NCBI GenBank assembly: GCA_951406725.2
Contig: OX597819.1
Location: 115,382,001-115,446,000, forward strand
Direction of reading: 5' to 3'
DNA: 64,000 bases
Source: Octopus vulgaris
Taxonomy: Eukaryota
The position numbers and the translations under genes are program-made. Positions 12,463 to 24,188 of this stretch are shown here, in pieces. The notes under the pieces are model-generated. The model did no database searches and was not told the DNA's origin. It worked only from the letters and a program-made list of their open reading frames with translations. Within the stretch, counting starts at the first letter, position 1; every line of letters starts with the position of its first letter.

Positions 12463-14489
12463 TATATCCTCATCATCATCACTATTTTTTGCCTGCTTTC
12501 TATGCTGGCATCATGAGTTGGACAGTTAGACAGGATCAAATTCTGCTGAGGTCAACTTTGTCTTTCATCCTTTCGGGGCCGATAAATGAAGTACTGGTTG
12601 CATACTAGGGTCGATCTAATTAACTAGCCCTCTTTTGCTGAACTGCTAAGTTATGGGGATGCTGCAGTGTCTCAGTTTCCACATGGCTTCTATGGCTGGA
12701 TGCTCCTCCAAAAACCAGTCACTTTACAGAGTAGCACCAGCACTAGTGAGGCTACCTTGTAAGCTGCAAGACTAAAGAGCACCTTTGCCCGAGAGGCAGA
12801 ATAGAAAATATGGTGACCACTTTATGTGAGGTGCTGAAAGATTAATATATGATGGGAGAAATAGGGACAGTTTTGTTGTTGGGGAGATTCATGGCTACTT
12901 TACATTTTACATGGGTGAGTGAGGATAGCTGGAATGACGCCACAAAAAGAAGGAAATATGGTAGTGATGCGACACCTGAACATACCCTCGTGATAACATG
13001 TCCAAGAAGGTGAATAGAGGAGAGCATGGAGACAGAAAAATCAGCAGGAGTGGGTAAGGTTGCAAGAGTGAAGGAGGAGTGTAAGAGATGGATAGAAACA
13101 TGAGGTAGAAGTGGTCAGATGTATATAAGGGCACTGGCTCGGGAATGAAATTTGCTTAGGGGGTGCAAACTCAGGTCCAAAAATATTTACAAACAAAGTC
13201 TTATTATTTTTTGTTGTTATTTTTGTGTTTTGTTCTTTGAGAAGGAACCTAACTTCAAGCTACTTTTTACACATCACTTTGTATTTACCGTTTTCTAAAC
13301 CCGAGGAAAATAAGTAGGGCTTCAAATTTTGGTTCTGCACTCTGCAAAAATTCTAGTGGGTGCACCTGCACCCCCTGTTCCCGGGCCCATGTATAAGGGT
13401 TAATTTTTCCATTTTCTCCAGCTACCAAATCCACTTACAAGGCTTTAGATGGCCCAAGGCTGTAGAAGAAGACACTTGCCCAAGGTGCCATGCAGTGGGA
13501 CTGAACCTGAAACTATGTGGTTGGGAAGCAAACTTCTTGCACTCAAGTCATGCTCAACACATCCAGGCAGACATAACATTTTTAATAAAATAAATAAAAA
13601 AAAATTTTAAATTACACATTAAATCTTTGATAGTTTTCTAGATATTCTTATTTTATTTCATCTAATTAGTGAGGGGCAGAACAGAGAGGGAGAACATTGG
13701 GTAAAATACCTAGTAATATTTAGTCACATCACTTTACATTCCAAGTTCAAATCATACCAGGTTAATTTTGCCTCTTCTTCGACCAAAGGTCTTTACAGAA
13801 TAATTCTCTTCATTTATGCCACTAATGGAAACCCTTGAACAAAGAATGGATGTTAAAATTACATACAACCTCCTAGGTTTCAATATGGCTGACCGCTCCT
13901 TGATAGATGCTTTTTTATCAGGAAGAACCAAGCAGTTTGGTCTACACGTAAGCTATATTTAGTTCAGGACTTATTTATTCGTGCATACACAAATATGCAC
14001 ACACACACACACACACCATCAGATATTAGAGTAAGTGGTGGAAACTTGTCATAAGAGGCTAAACTTCATGGAGGAAATATCAAAGGACAGCAACAAACAG
14101 CGAGGCTTTGTTGTACATGACAAGATCCATCCAATCCATGAGAGCTTACAGAAGTGGATGTAAAAGTGATGACAATTACAAAGAACACACACACAAACAT
14201 ACACACATGTATGCATTTTGTCTTCTGTTTTTGATTATTTGAAATCTTCCAGTAAGGAAGAAGCTGGATTCTAGTAAAGATACAAATCTCCATAGTTGGG
14301 ATGTAGAAAAACAAAAACAAACTCACATTCTGAACTTGAGAAAAGTCTTGCATATTTTTGCTGTTCCACTTACAGATTGTATTAGTAATGTTTCTGTTAG
14401 CTGGTTAATTTCAGTTTCTGAAAACTCCAGACTATCACTTAGGCATTCATTCACAAAACCAAGTGCACCAATATATACAGGGCTGTATT

Positions 14490-14664
14490 ATTTGCAAAGA
14501 TATACATGTGAGAGTAGAAGAAACTTCCTTCATTACATGTCACCCTGTTGTGTTGTATGACTTACCCGAGATATATCTCCATATATAGTCACACAGATTT
14601 TTTTTTTCTCTTGCCTACATACCACCCACATAGTATCCTGTTTCATTGATAATTGATTTTAGAA
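14490..14664 (+). repeat. ~175-bp direct duplication of unique sequence (partner 17403-17578)
   Basis: Near-identical gagagtagaagaaacttcc...gataattgattttaga. Confidence 0.92.
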
Positions 14665-15170
14665 TTCAATAAAAGCATCTGAATATGAAATATGATAAAA
14701 ATTGTTCAAACTGCAGTCCTTCTTGAGCGACGCATTTTTCCATTCGAGTCAATACAGAATTACAGATAGTATTTATGGAATTTTGATTTACTGTCAGATT
14801 ACTTTTGGGCAACCCTGTATACATATGTGTGTGTGTGTGTGCTTGAGGAGATCTATGGAGTTAAGTACATCAAAATCAAATGGAAATTGTAGTTGTGATC
14901 CCCGTGCCGGTGGCACGTAAAAAGCACCCACTACACTCTCGGAGTGGTTGATGTTAGGAAGGGCATCTAGCTGTAGAAATACTGTCAGATCAGACTGGAG
15001 CCTGCTGCAGCCTCCTGGCTTCGCAGAACCCAGTCAAACTGTCCAACCCATCCATGCCAGCATGGAAAACGGACGGTAAACGAGAATGATGATGATGATA
15101 TATATATATATTATGGAGATGTACTTGCATAGCAAGTGACTTGATCCAAGATCGTGTCCTGAAACAAAAA

Positions 15171-15333
15171 CAATTGCAGCGTGGAAAGTGTTTATAAGCC
15201 ATTTAACAACACAAAAACCGTTAGATTCACTTCAATATTTAAATTTATTTAACAAATTAAATTTAAATGCTGAAGTGAATCTAACAGTTTTTATGTTTTT
15301 AAATGGCTTATAAACACCTTCCATGCTGCAATT

Positions 15334-15334
<1 letters not shown>
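15171..15334. repeat. Inverted repeat, ~75-bp arms with a short AT spacer
   Basis: caattgcagcgtggaaagtgtttataagccattt... / ...aaatggcttataaacaccttccatgctgcaattg; the same repeat occurs once at 33364-33495. Confidence 0.9.
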
Positions 15335-15365
<31 letters not shown>

Positions 15366-15373
<8 letters not shown>

Positions 15374-15742
15374 GAGGGAGATAAATTAATATTAATTTTA
15401 ATATCAATTTAAAACCAGTTATTCCCGATGTAATCAGTAAGACTAAGCACGTGTCTGTCTTGACACAGAGAGCTGGGGTTAGTCTTGCGGTTTGCATCTC
15501 GAGGACCGAATGTACTGAAGAAGTCACGGACACTTGAATTATGCAAGTAATTCTTTTGTTAAGACCGAAACCGAGGTATGCATTTAAGTCTGTTTTTATT
15601 TAATTTTTCATATGTCCTGCCCGCCAAATTTGGTTCTGGTGTTCGCTGAATTCTTCCTCTAGAGAATTTCCCTTGTAGTTTGATCGTTTATGATCTATTT
15701 CTAGCATTCTGGCCGGCTACCTAGCAGGCCAGCCCTGCCAAT
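15366..15742 (+). mobile_element. Probable Penelope-like pLTR or retrozyme-like fragment carrying the hammerhead
   Basis: Non-coding block containing the hammerhead, bracketed by (TA)n on both sides; minimal type I hammerheads are a known feature of Penelope-like elements. Confidence 0.45.
15508..15585 (+). ncRNA. Type I hammerhead ribozyme motif
   Basis: Stem I gaatgta/tgcattt, CTGAAGA (15515-15521), stem II (a)gtc...gac(c), GAAA (15567-15570), short stem III ACC-ga-GGT, cleavage triplet GTA (15576-15578). Confidence 0.6.
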
Positions 15743-15815
<73 letters not shown>

Positions 15816-16177
15816 TATTAATAATGCAGGCTTTCAGTTTATGCCTACTAAATTTACTCATAACGCTTTGATCTTTGCTTAAGGTGCCATGCACTTGGAT
15901 TGAACCCAAGACCATATGGCTGTGAAGCAAACTTCTTAACCACACAGCCACACCTTCACATAAAGCACTTGTGGTAGGGTCACGTAAAAGTGCCTGTGCA
16001 GTGATATGTAAAAGTGCCTGTATGGTGCCACATAAAAGTATGCAGTACACTCCGTAAAATGGTTGGTGTTAGGAATGGCATCCAGCTGTAGAAACCACGC
16101 AAAATCAGACTGGAGTCTGGTGCAGCTACCCAGCTCTGATGACACCATCCAACCCATGCTAGCATGGGTAACAGACT

Positions 16178-16570
16178 CTTTTACTCGCTTCAGTTATTTG
16201 ACTGTGGCCATGCTGGAGCACTGCCTTTAGTTGAGCAAATCGACCCCGGGACTTATTCTTTGTAAGCCTAGTACTTATTCTATTGGTCTCTTTTGCCGAA
16301 TCGCGAAGTTATGGGGACATAAACACACCAGCATCAGTTGTTAAGCGATTTTGGGGGGGACAAACACAGACACACAAACATATACATACACACATACAAA
16401 TATATATACATATATACAACAGGCTTCTTTCGTCTACCAAATCCACTCACAAGGCTTTGGTAGGCCCAAGGCTATAGTAGAAGACACATGCCCAAGGTGC
16501 CATGCAGTGGGACTGAACACGGAACCATGTGGTTCATAAGCAAGCCACTTACCACACAGCCACTCCTACA
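16178..16570 (-). mobile_element. SINE family B
   Basis: Similarity to the other copies. Confidence 0.9.
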
Positions 16571-16577
16571 TTAAATA

Positions 16578-16609
<32 letters not shown>

Positions 16610-17645
16610 ATGATACATACATTCGTGTGCAATAAAAGTTGCTGGTTATAAACAGTGTTCTTGACACTAATGTCAATAAATCATTTGTTCATTTCATGCC
16701 TTCAAAGACATGTGAAATACACCATCCCTGACTTGAGCAACAAATAAGGGTTCGCAACAAGAAGGACATTTATAATCAGTTAATAGGGGCAACTAACACT
16801 TATTTCAGAAATTCCACGAGAATGAAGGGAAAAGTCATGAGTAGAGAGAGGCAAGACCACGCCTGGCCAACTCTAATCCATGCTAGCATGGAAAAACATG
16901 TAAGAAAGAAAATGAAATATTTATATTTCTATGCCATGATTATATATGTGTATGTGAATGTGTATATGAATGTTTGTGTGTGTGTGCATATATGTATATC
17001 TATCTACGCACACATATTTATGTATGCATATATAAGTAAATGTGTGTGTATGTGTGTGTGTGTGTATATATATCATCATCATCATCGTTTAACGTCCACT
17101 TTCCATGCTAGCATGGGTTGGACGATTTGACTAATACACACACATATGTATGTGTGTGTGTGTGTGTTTTGTATATGCATATATAAGTAAATGTGTGTAT
17201 GTGTGTGTGTGTATATATATATATATGTGTGTGTGTATATATATATTTATTTGTGTGTGTGTGTGTGTGTAAAGTACACATATACAAGTGCAAACATATC
17301 TTTGTAACATTTTCATGCCATTCACAGACCTACAAGCTAATTCTCACAAAGCGGTTGCTGGTTATGGCAGGCACTACAACTCTCATAGTCAGCCTTTCCT
17401 TATTATTTGCAAAGATATACACGCGAGAGTAGAAGAAACTTCCTTCATTACATGTCACCCTGTTGTGTTGTATGACTTACCCGAGATATATCTCCATATA
17501 TAGTCACACAGATTTTTTTTTTCTCTTGCCTACATGCCTCCCACATAGTATCCTGTTTCATTGATAATTGATTTTAGAGTGTGTAGCTCTGTGTTACTGA
17601 TACATACACATGCAAAGGAACACATTCACATCTATCTTCTAGGAG

Positions 17646-18889
17646 TTGAGTATATAGCCAGGCATCTTACTACCACAGACAAAAAGATACCAGATTGGAG
17701 ACACTAACAATATACAGTCTGTCCAAGAGCTGGCCAACCTGTGGCATGCAGACTTTTATCTTGTGGCCCGCTTGATACTTTCTTGAAGTATTGTGTTTAA
17801 TTTCAAAATAAAATTGTTTGTGTAAAACATTTGTTTCAAAATAAATTCAAAATTTATAAGTGGCAATAAAGCAATAGCCTACAATTTTATAGTTTTAAAC
17901 AAGCGAAAAATATGAAAAAGTCTTCTGGATTCTGTGATTTGATTTATTTGACTCTTACTCACTTTCTCATTTTACTCTTTTACTTGTTTCAGTCATTTGA
18001 CTGTAGCCATGCTGGAGCACCGCCTTTAATCGAGCAACTCGACCCCGGGACTTGTTCTTTGTAAGCCCAGTACTTATTCTATCGGTCTCTTTGCCGAACC
18101 GCTAAGTGACGGGGATATAAACACACCAGCATCGGTTGTCAAGCAATGTTAGGGGGACAAACACAGACACACAAACACACACTCGCATATATATATATAC
18201 ATATATACGACAGGCTTCTTTCAGTTTCCGTCTACCAAATCCACTCACAAGGCATTGGTCGGCCCGAGGCTATAGCAGAGGACACTTGCCCAAGATGCCA
18301 CGCAGTGGGACTGAACCCGGAACCATGTGGTTGGTAAGCAAGCTACTTACCCCACAGCCACTCCTTTGAGTATATAACCAGACATCTTACTACCACAGAC
18401 AAAAAGATACCAGATTGGAGACACTAACAATATACAGTCTGTCCAAGGGTTGGCCAACCTTTGGCCTGCAGACTTTTATCTTTCTGATACTTTCTTGAAG
18501 TATTGTGTTTAATTTCAAAATAAAATTGTTTGTGTAAAACATTTGTTTTGAAATAAATTTTAAATTTATAAGTGGCAATAAAGCAATAGCCTACAATTTT
18601 ATAATTTTAAATAAGCGAAAATCATGAAAAAGTCTTCTGGATTCTGTGATTTGATTTATTTGACTCTTACTCACTTTCTCATTTTACTCTTTTACTTGTT
18701 TCAGTCATTTGACTGTAGCCATGCTGGAGCACCGCCTTTAGTCGAGCAAATCGAACCCAGGACTTATTCTTTGTAAGCCTAGTACTTATTCTATCGGTCT
18801 CTTTTGCTGAACCGCTAAGTTATGGGGACGTAAACACACCAGCACCGGTTGTCGAGCTATGTTGGGGGTAGACAAATACAGACACACAA

Positions 18890-18920
<31 letters not shown>

Positions 18921-19010
18921 CGTATACAAATATATGACGGGCTTCTTTCAGTTTTCATCTACCAGTTGGTCAGCCCGAGACTATAGTAGAAGACACTTGC
19001 TGCAGAGGGA
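17646..19010 (+). repeat. Tandem duplication, period 720 bp
   Basis: ttgagtatata.cca..catcttactaccacagac begins at 17646 and again at 18366. Confidence 0.92.
17970..18365 (-). mobile_element. SINE family B (variant subfamily)
   Basis: Full-length copy with diagnostic variants shared with 42215-42565. Confidence 0.9.
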
Positions 19011-19112
19011 CTGAACCCGGAACTGCTAAGTTACGGGGACGTAAACACACCAGCATCGGTTATCAAGCGATGTTGGGGGGACAAACACAGACACACAAAC
19101 ATATACACACAC

Positions 19113-19155
<43 letters not shown>

Positions 19156-19290
19156 CATATATATGACAAGGCTTTGGTCGACGTGAGGCTATAGTAGAAG
19201 ACACTTGCCCAAGGTGCCACGCAGTGGGACTGAACCCGGAACCATGTGGTTGGTAAGCAAGCTACTTACCACACAGCCACTCCTACGCCT
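18680..19290 (-). mobile_element. SINE family B with an internal partial duplication
   Basis: Body restarts at ~19020 (aactgctaagttacggggacg). Confidence 0.85.
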
Positions 19291-19683
19291 ATAAGTGCAT
19301 AAATAATACAAGTGGCCCTCAAAAAACTTTCTGTGATTAAAGTGGCCTGCAATGTAATTCGAGTTGTCCAGGCGTGGTCTAGCCTCTCTGTACTCATGAC
19401 TTTCCCCTTCATTCTTGTGAAGTTTCTGAAATAAGTGTTAGTTGCCACTATTAACTGATTTTAAATTTTAGCACAAGGCTAGCAGTTTGAGGGGTGGGGG
19501 ACAAGTCGATAACATCAATCCCCAACATTTAACTGGTACTTATTTTATCAACCCCAAAAGGATGGAAAGCAAAGATGACCCCAGCAGCATTTGAACTCTG
19601 AACATAAAGTCAGAAGAAATACTGCTAAACAATTTTCACAGCATGGTAACAATTTTGCCAGTTCACTGCCTTAGTTGCCGTTA

Positions 19684-19718
19684 ATATTATTATTATTATT
19701 ATTACTATTACTATTATT

Positions 19719-19768
<50 letters not shown>
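19684..19768. repeat. Imperfect (ATT)n microsatellite
   Basis: Direct reading. Confidence 0.95.
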
Positions 19769-20055
19769 TCACTCCAGGTTAGCCATGCTTAACCCTTCTG
19801 TTTCCACATTTCTCTTGAAATACATTACCTTCACCGCAGATAATTTTGAAAGTATCAAAGAATTTTAGTAAAATAACTTTGTTGTTATTAATCTGCTGTC
19901 TGGAACATAAGTTACTATGAAATTTTAACGGAAGCATATTTATTTAGATACTTGAAAAACATGATGTTTGTATCTAAGAATTAGGTGCAGCCTGGAAGGA
20001 TTGGTAACAAATGGGTTAAGCAAACTTACAAAGAAAGGTATTAAAGCTGAAACCC

Positions 20056-20269
20056 TTACTCTTTTACTGGTTTCAGTCATTTGACTGTGGACATGCTGGA
20101 GCACCGCCTTTAATCAAGCAAATCGACCCCAGGACTTATTCTTTGTAAGCCCAGTACTTATTCTATCGGTCTCTTTTGCCGAACCGCTAAGTTATGGGGA
20201 TGTAAACACACCAGCATCGGTTGTCAAGCGATGTTGGGGTGACAAACACAGACACACAAACATATACAC

Positions 20270-20335
<66 letters not shown>

Positions 20336-20505
20336 GACGGGCTTCTTTCAGTTTCCGTCTACCAAATCCATTCACAAGGCTTTGGGTCTGCTCTGCTCGA
20401 GGCTATAGTAGAAGACACTTGCCCAAGGTGTCATGCAGTGGGATTGAACCCAGAACCATGTGGTTCATAAGCAAGCCACTTACCAGACAGCCACTCCTAC
20501 GCCTA
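20056..20505 (-). mobile_element. SINE family B with expanded (TA)n
   Basis: Similarity to the other copies. Confidence 0.9.
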
Positions 20506-21134
20506 TTGCAACATTTTCTTTTCTTCTTTTTTCCTTTGTTAGAAATATTGTGCCCTGGACTATGTTCTTGAATCATGCATTGCTTTTTAAGATTGGAGAG
20601 GGAGATTTGACTGCTATTTCTAGCAGGTTGAGTGGGCTTAAAGAAGCACCAGTAACGTACAGAAGTTATTTCAAGAGTCTGTACCTTTTCTATTCTACAA
20701 ATCCTTAACCATCACGCTAATTTTCAGCCCAAAGATACCCTTGTTGGCTTGGCAGTACATAATGGTTTTAATATTCTACATACAGTTTACAGCTTGGGAC
20801 ATATCGCTTCATCAGTTGCCAATGGGGGGAGATCACTACAATTTCAGTAACTTCTAAGAAATCACTGTGTGCTGGTGCAGCTAGAAAAATGTCCAAGCTG
20901 TAAGTTATAGCAGGGAATTTCTGGGTTATAAGCACTAATAAGTTATAAGAAACACCACAACAATGACAGTTTAGAGGAAGAAGTGTAGTTGGAATACTTC
21001 TATAATTTCTCTAATCTTTCCTCTTGCTGCCCTTCCTTCCTGCATCCTGCTTTGTGCTCTGTCTGTCTGTCTGTCTGTCAGTCTATCTGTCTTTCAGTTT
21101 CTTTCTCTCTCTTTCTCTTAAACACCCCCACCCC

Positions 21135-21180
<46 letters not shown>

Positions 21181-21384
21181 GTGACCTTGTGTGTACCGTT
21201 GGCGATTTTATTCCTCTGTCTTCCCTTCTCGGGATCTTTCCTTCTCCTATGTTTCCAACGAAGAGCTCCGCTTGAAACGTTAAACCCTCCTTCTTCCCTT
21301 CTTTACTGAACGTCCAATAATACTATATTTGTTCCACGTCCTCGTGTTGTTGTGTTTTCTTGTTTGGATTAACTATATATATAT

Positions 21385-21676
21385 GGAGGCACAATGGCCC
21401 AGTGGTTAGGGCAGCAGACTCGCGGTTTTGATTCCCAGATCGGGCGTTGTGAGTGTTTATTGAGCGAAAACACCTAAAGCTCCACGAAGCTCCGGCAGAG
21501 GGTGGTGGCGATCCCTGCTGTACTCTTTCGCCACAACTTTCTCTCGCTCTTTCTTCTGTTGGCCTGCTCGCTTAGCCAGCGGGGTGGCATCATTTGAAGG
21601 CTAAAACAGTGCGAAGCGCATTGTGACCAGCGATGTGTAGCAACATCTGATGACCTGGCCGGTCACGGTAGTCACA

Positions 21677-21681
<5 letters not shown>
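21385..21681 (+). mobile_element. SINE family D (tRNA-Arg-like head)
   Basis: ggaggcacaatggcccagtggttagggcagc.gactcgcgg...gattcc; near-identical copy at 28490-28792. Confidence 0.85.
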
Positions 21682-21724
<43 letters not shown>

Positions 21725-21733
<9 letters not shown>

Positions 21734-22930
21734 CCCAGTGTAAGCTATGGACACATAAGAGGTGCAGCAATGTCAAAGGGAGATTAACTGGGAAGATAGC
21801 TCTGATAGCTTTCGTGTGCGGCAAATGCACAGGGGTAATAAACATCACAGATGCTCAGAAAACAGATTCCATCACATGCCAGGGGGAGAAACTAGAAGCA
21901 GTTGATAGTTTCCGCTACCTAGGTGACCAAGTCTGTAATGGGGGTGGATGCTCAGAGAGTGTTACCTCTAGAATAAGAATAGCCTGGGCAGAGTTCAGAA
22001 AGCTTCTACCCCTACTGGTGACAAAGGGCCTCTCACTCAGAGTGAAAGATAGATTTTACGATGCATGTGTGCGAACTGCTATGCTTCAAGGCAGTGAAAC
22101 ATGGGCTGTGACTGCTGAGGACAGGCGTAAGCTCGAAAGAAATGAAGCTAGCATGATCCGCTGGATGTGTAATGCCAGTGTGCACACACAACAGAATGTA
22201 AGCATCCTGAAAGAAATGTTGGACATAAGAAGCATCAGATGTGGCATGCAAGAGAGAAGTATGTACCGGTATGGTCATGTATTATGAATGGATGAGGACA
22301 GCTGTGTGAAGAAGCGCCACTCCCAAACAGTTGAAGGAATCCAGGGTAGAGGTAAACCCAGGAAGACATGAGCTGAGGTGGTGAAGCATAACCTTCAAAC
22401 ATTGGGCCTCACAGAGGCAATGACGAAAGACCGAGACCTCTGGAGATATGCAGGGACTGCGAAGACCCGGCAAATAAAGTGAGCTCACAGCTGAAACCTA
22501 CTCCAGTGTCGCATGACCAGCCCCAGCCCACTCAAAAGTACCTTGGATTGTAGGGCGACCTATTGAATCAAAATACATCAAAATCAAATGGAAATTGTAG
22601 TTGTGATTCCCATGCCAATGGCATGTTTAAAAAGCACCATCTGAATGTGGCCAATGCCAGCACCGCCTTCACTGGCTTCTGTGCCAGTGGCACGTGAAAA
22701 ACACCAACTGATCGTGGTCGTTTCCAGCTTCCTCTGGCCCCTGTGCCAGTGGCACATAAAAAGCACCCACTACACTTTCAGAGTGATTGGCATTAGGAAG
22801 GGCATCCAGCAGAAGAAACGCTGCCAGATCAGACTGGAGTCTGGTGCAGGCTCCTGGCTTCCCAGAACCCAGTCAAACCATCCAGCCCATGCCAGCATGG
22901 AAAACGGACGTTAAGTGATGATGATGATGA
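21725..22930 (+). mobile_element. 5'-truncated RTE-clade LINE (RT C-terminal half, Cys/His finger, 3' UTR, (GAT)n tail); non-functional
   Basis: CTQCKLWTHKRCS...FVCGKC, LEAVDSFRYLGD, RIRIAWAEFR, GSETWAV, GRGKPRKT; in-frame stops. Confidence 0.92.
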
Positions 22931-23884
22931 CTCTAAAATCTAAAAGATAACAAAAAAGATTGGGAAGGAAGTAGAACCTCTATAGTGTTGCCTTGATCTC
23001 ATAGAAATGATATTCAAACAAAACCTTGCCATCAGCCACACACTCACTAACCACACATGGTGGAAATAGTTTTAGTCAATTAACAAAAAATAATTATGTA
23101 AAACACATTAGTGGCACAAGTCTTCAAGAGGAAGGCATCCAGTAAATTCCTTATTGATAATTAAACCATATAAATATATCTCCTGTAATTACATCATCTG
23201 ATAATTCCATTAGAAAGTAATTATTATCAGTGAATTCATTATGCCCAATGCAATGTCCACAAATGCATCATCATGTTTTGTTTTGTTTTTTAGCTTTTTT
23301 ATTTTTTCTGTAGATTACAGATTGTTAAATCTTATTTAAAATTATAAATTGTGGAATAAACACTGCATTTCATTAACAATGGAAAAAAAATTCAAAGAGA
23401 AAAAGATTATGTATAGAGATAGGTATATTATAGACAGAGAGATAGATATACATATATGTACACACAGATATTTGTAAATGGTGTGGTAGAAAGACGTCCC
23501 ATATTATACATGATCATTGGTTTAATACTAGTGAAGTCCGGTAGATGTCTTCATGTAACTAATATTTTACTGTTCGGCCAGCATCCAGTTATCATCCTGA
23601 TTTCAACTGTCAACCTGTAAAATGTGGGAGATTTTTTTTTCAGCATCCTCTACTTCTAATAATAGAATCACCATAAAAATAAGTTTATAATGTAAGAAGG
23701 AAACCCTATTTTAAATTCTAAATTGGACTAAAGTAACACCTCTTAAATAATCTTGTATTTCATGATTTTGATACTCTCTTATATTGACCATCTGGCTTTT
23801 TTTGTAGGCACGCCCTGACAACTCATAATCAGTCTTCTCACGTTTTCCAGCAGTAGTAGCCATGTATCTCTTCTACACAAAATT

Positions 23885-24188
23885 ATCTGTTTGTTCCTTC
23901 TCGAGCCATGTCTGGCTCATAAGGGCCGGTTTCCCAGTTTCCTTGGCGTATAGGTTCCCCACCTGGACAGGACGCCGGTCCGTCACAGGTGAGCTGCAAG
24001 ATGCAGGAGGAAAGAGTGAGAGAAAGTTGTGGCAAAAGAGTCAACAGAAGTTCGCCATTACCTTCTGCTGGAGCCGCGTGGAGCTTAGGTGTTTCACTCA
24101 TAAACATACACATCGCCCAGTCTGAGATTCGAACCCGCGATCCCTCGACCGCGAGTCCGCTGCTCTAACCACTAGGCCATGTGCCTCC
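23885..24188 (-). mobile_element. SINE with a family D head and a different tail
   Basis: Intact A and B boxes (tggcctagtgg, ggttcgaatc) on the minus strand. Confidence 0.85.

Larger units (their letters stand above)
17724..19376. mobile_element. hAT-like MITE disrupted by SINE insertion and tandem duplication
   Basis: Left end caagagctggccaacctgtggc (repeated at ~18445); right end gtggcc...gagttgtccaggcgtg. Confidence 0.5.

Noticed and set aside
24110-24188. tRNA-like sequence with intact A and B boxes
   Set aside because: It is the head of a SINE and continues into the SINE body; no proper acceptor stem.
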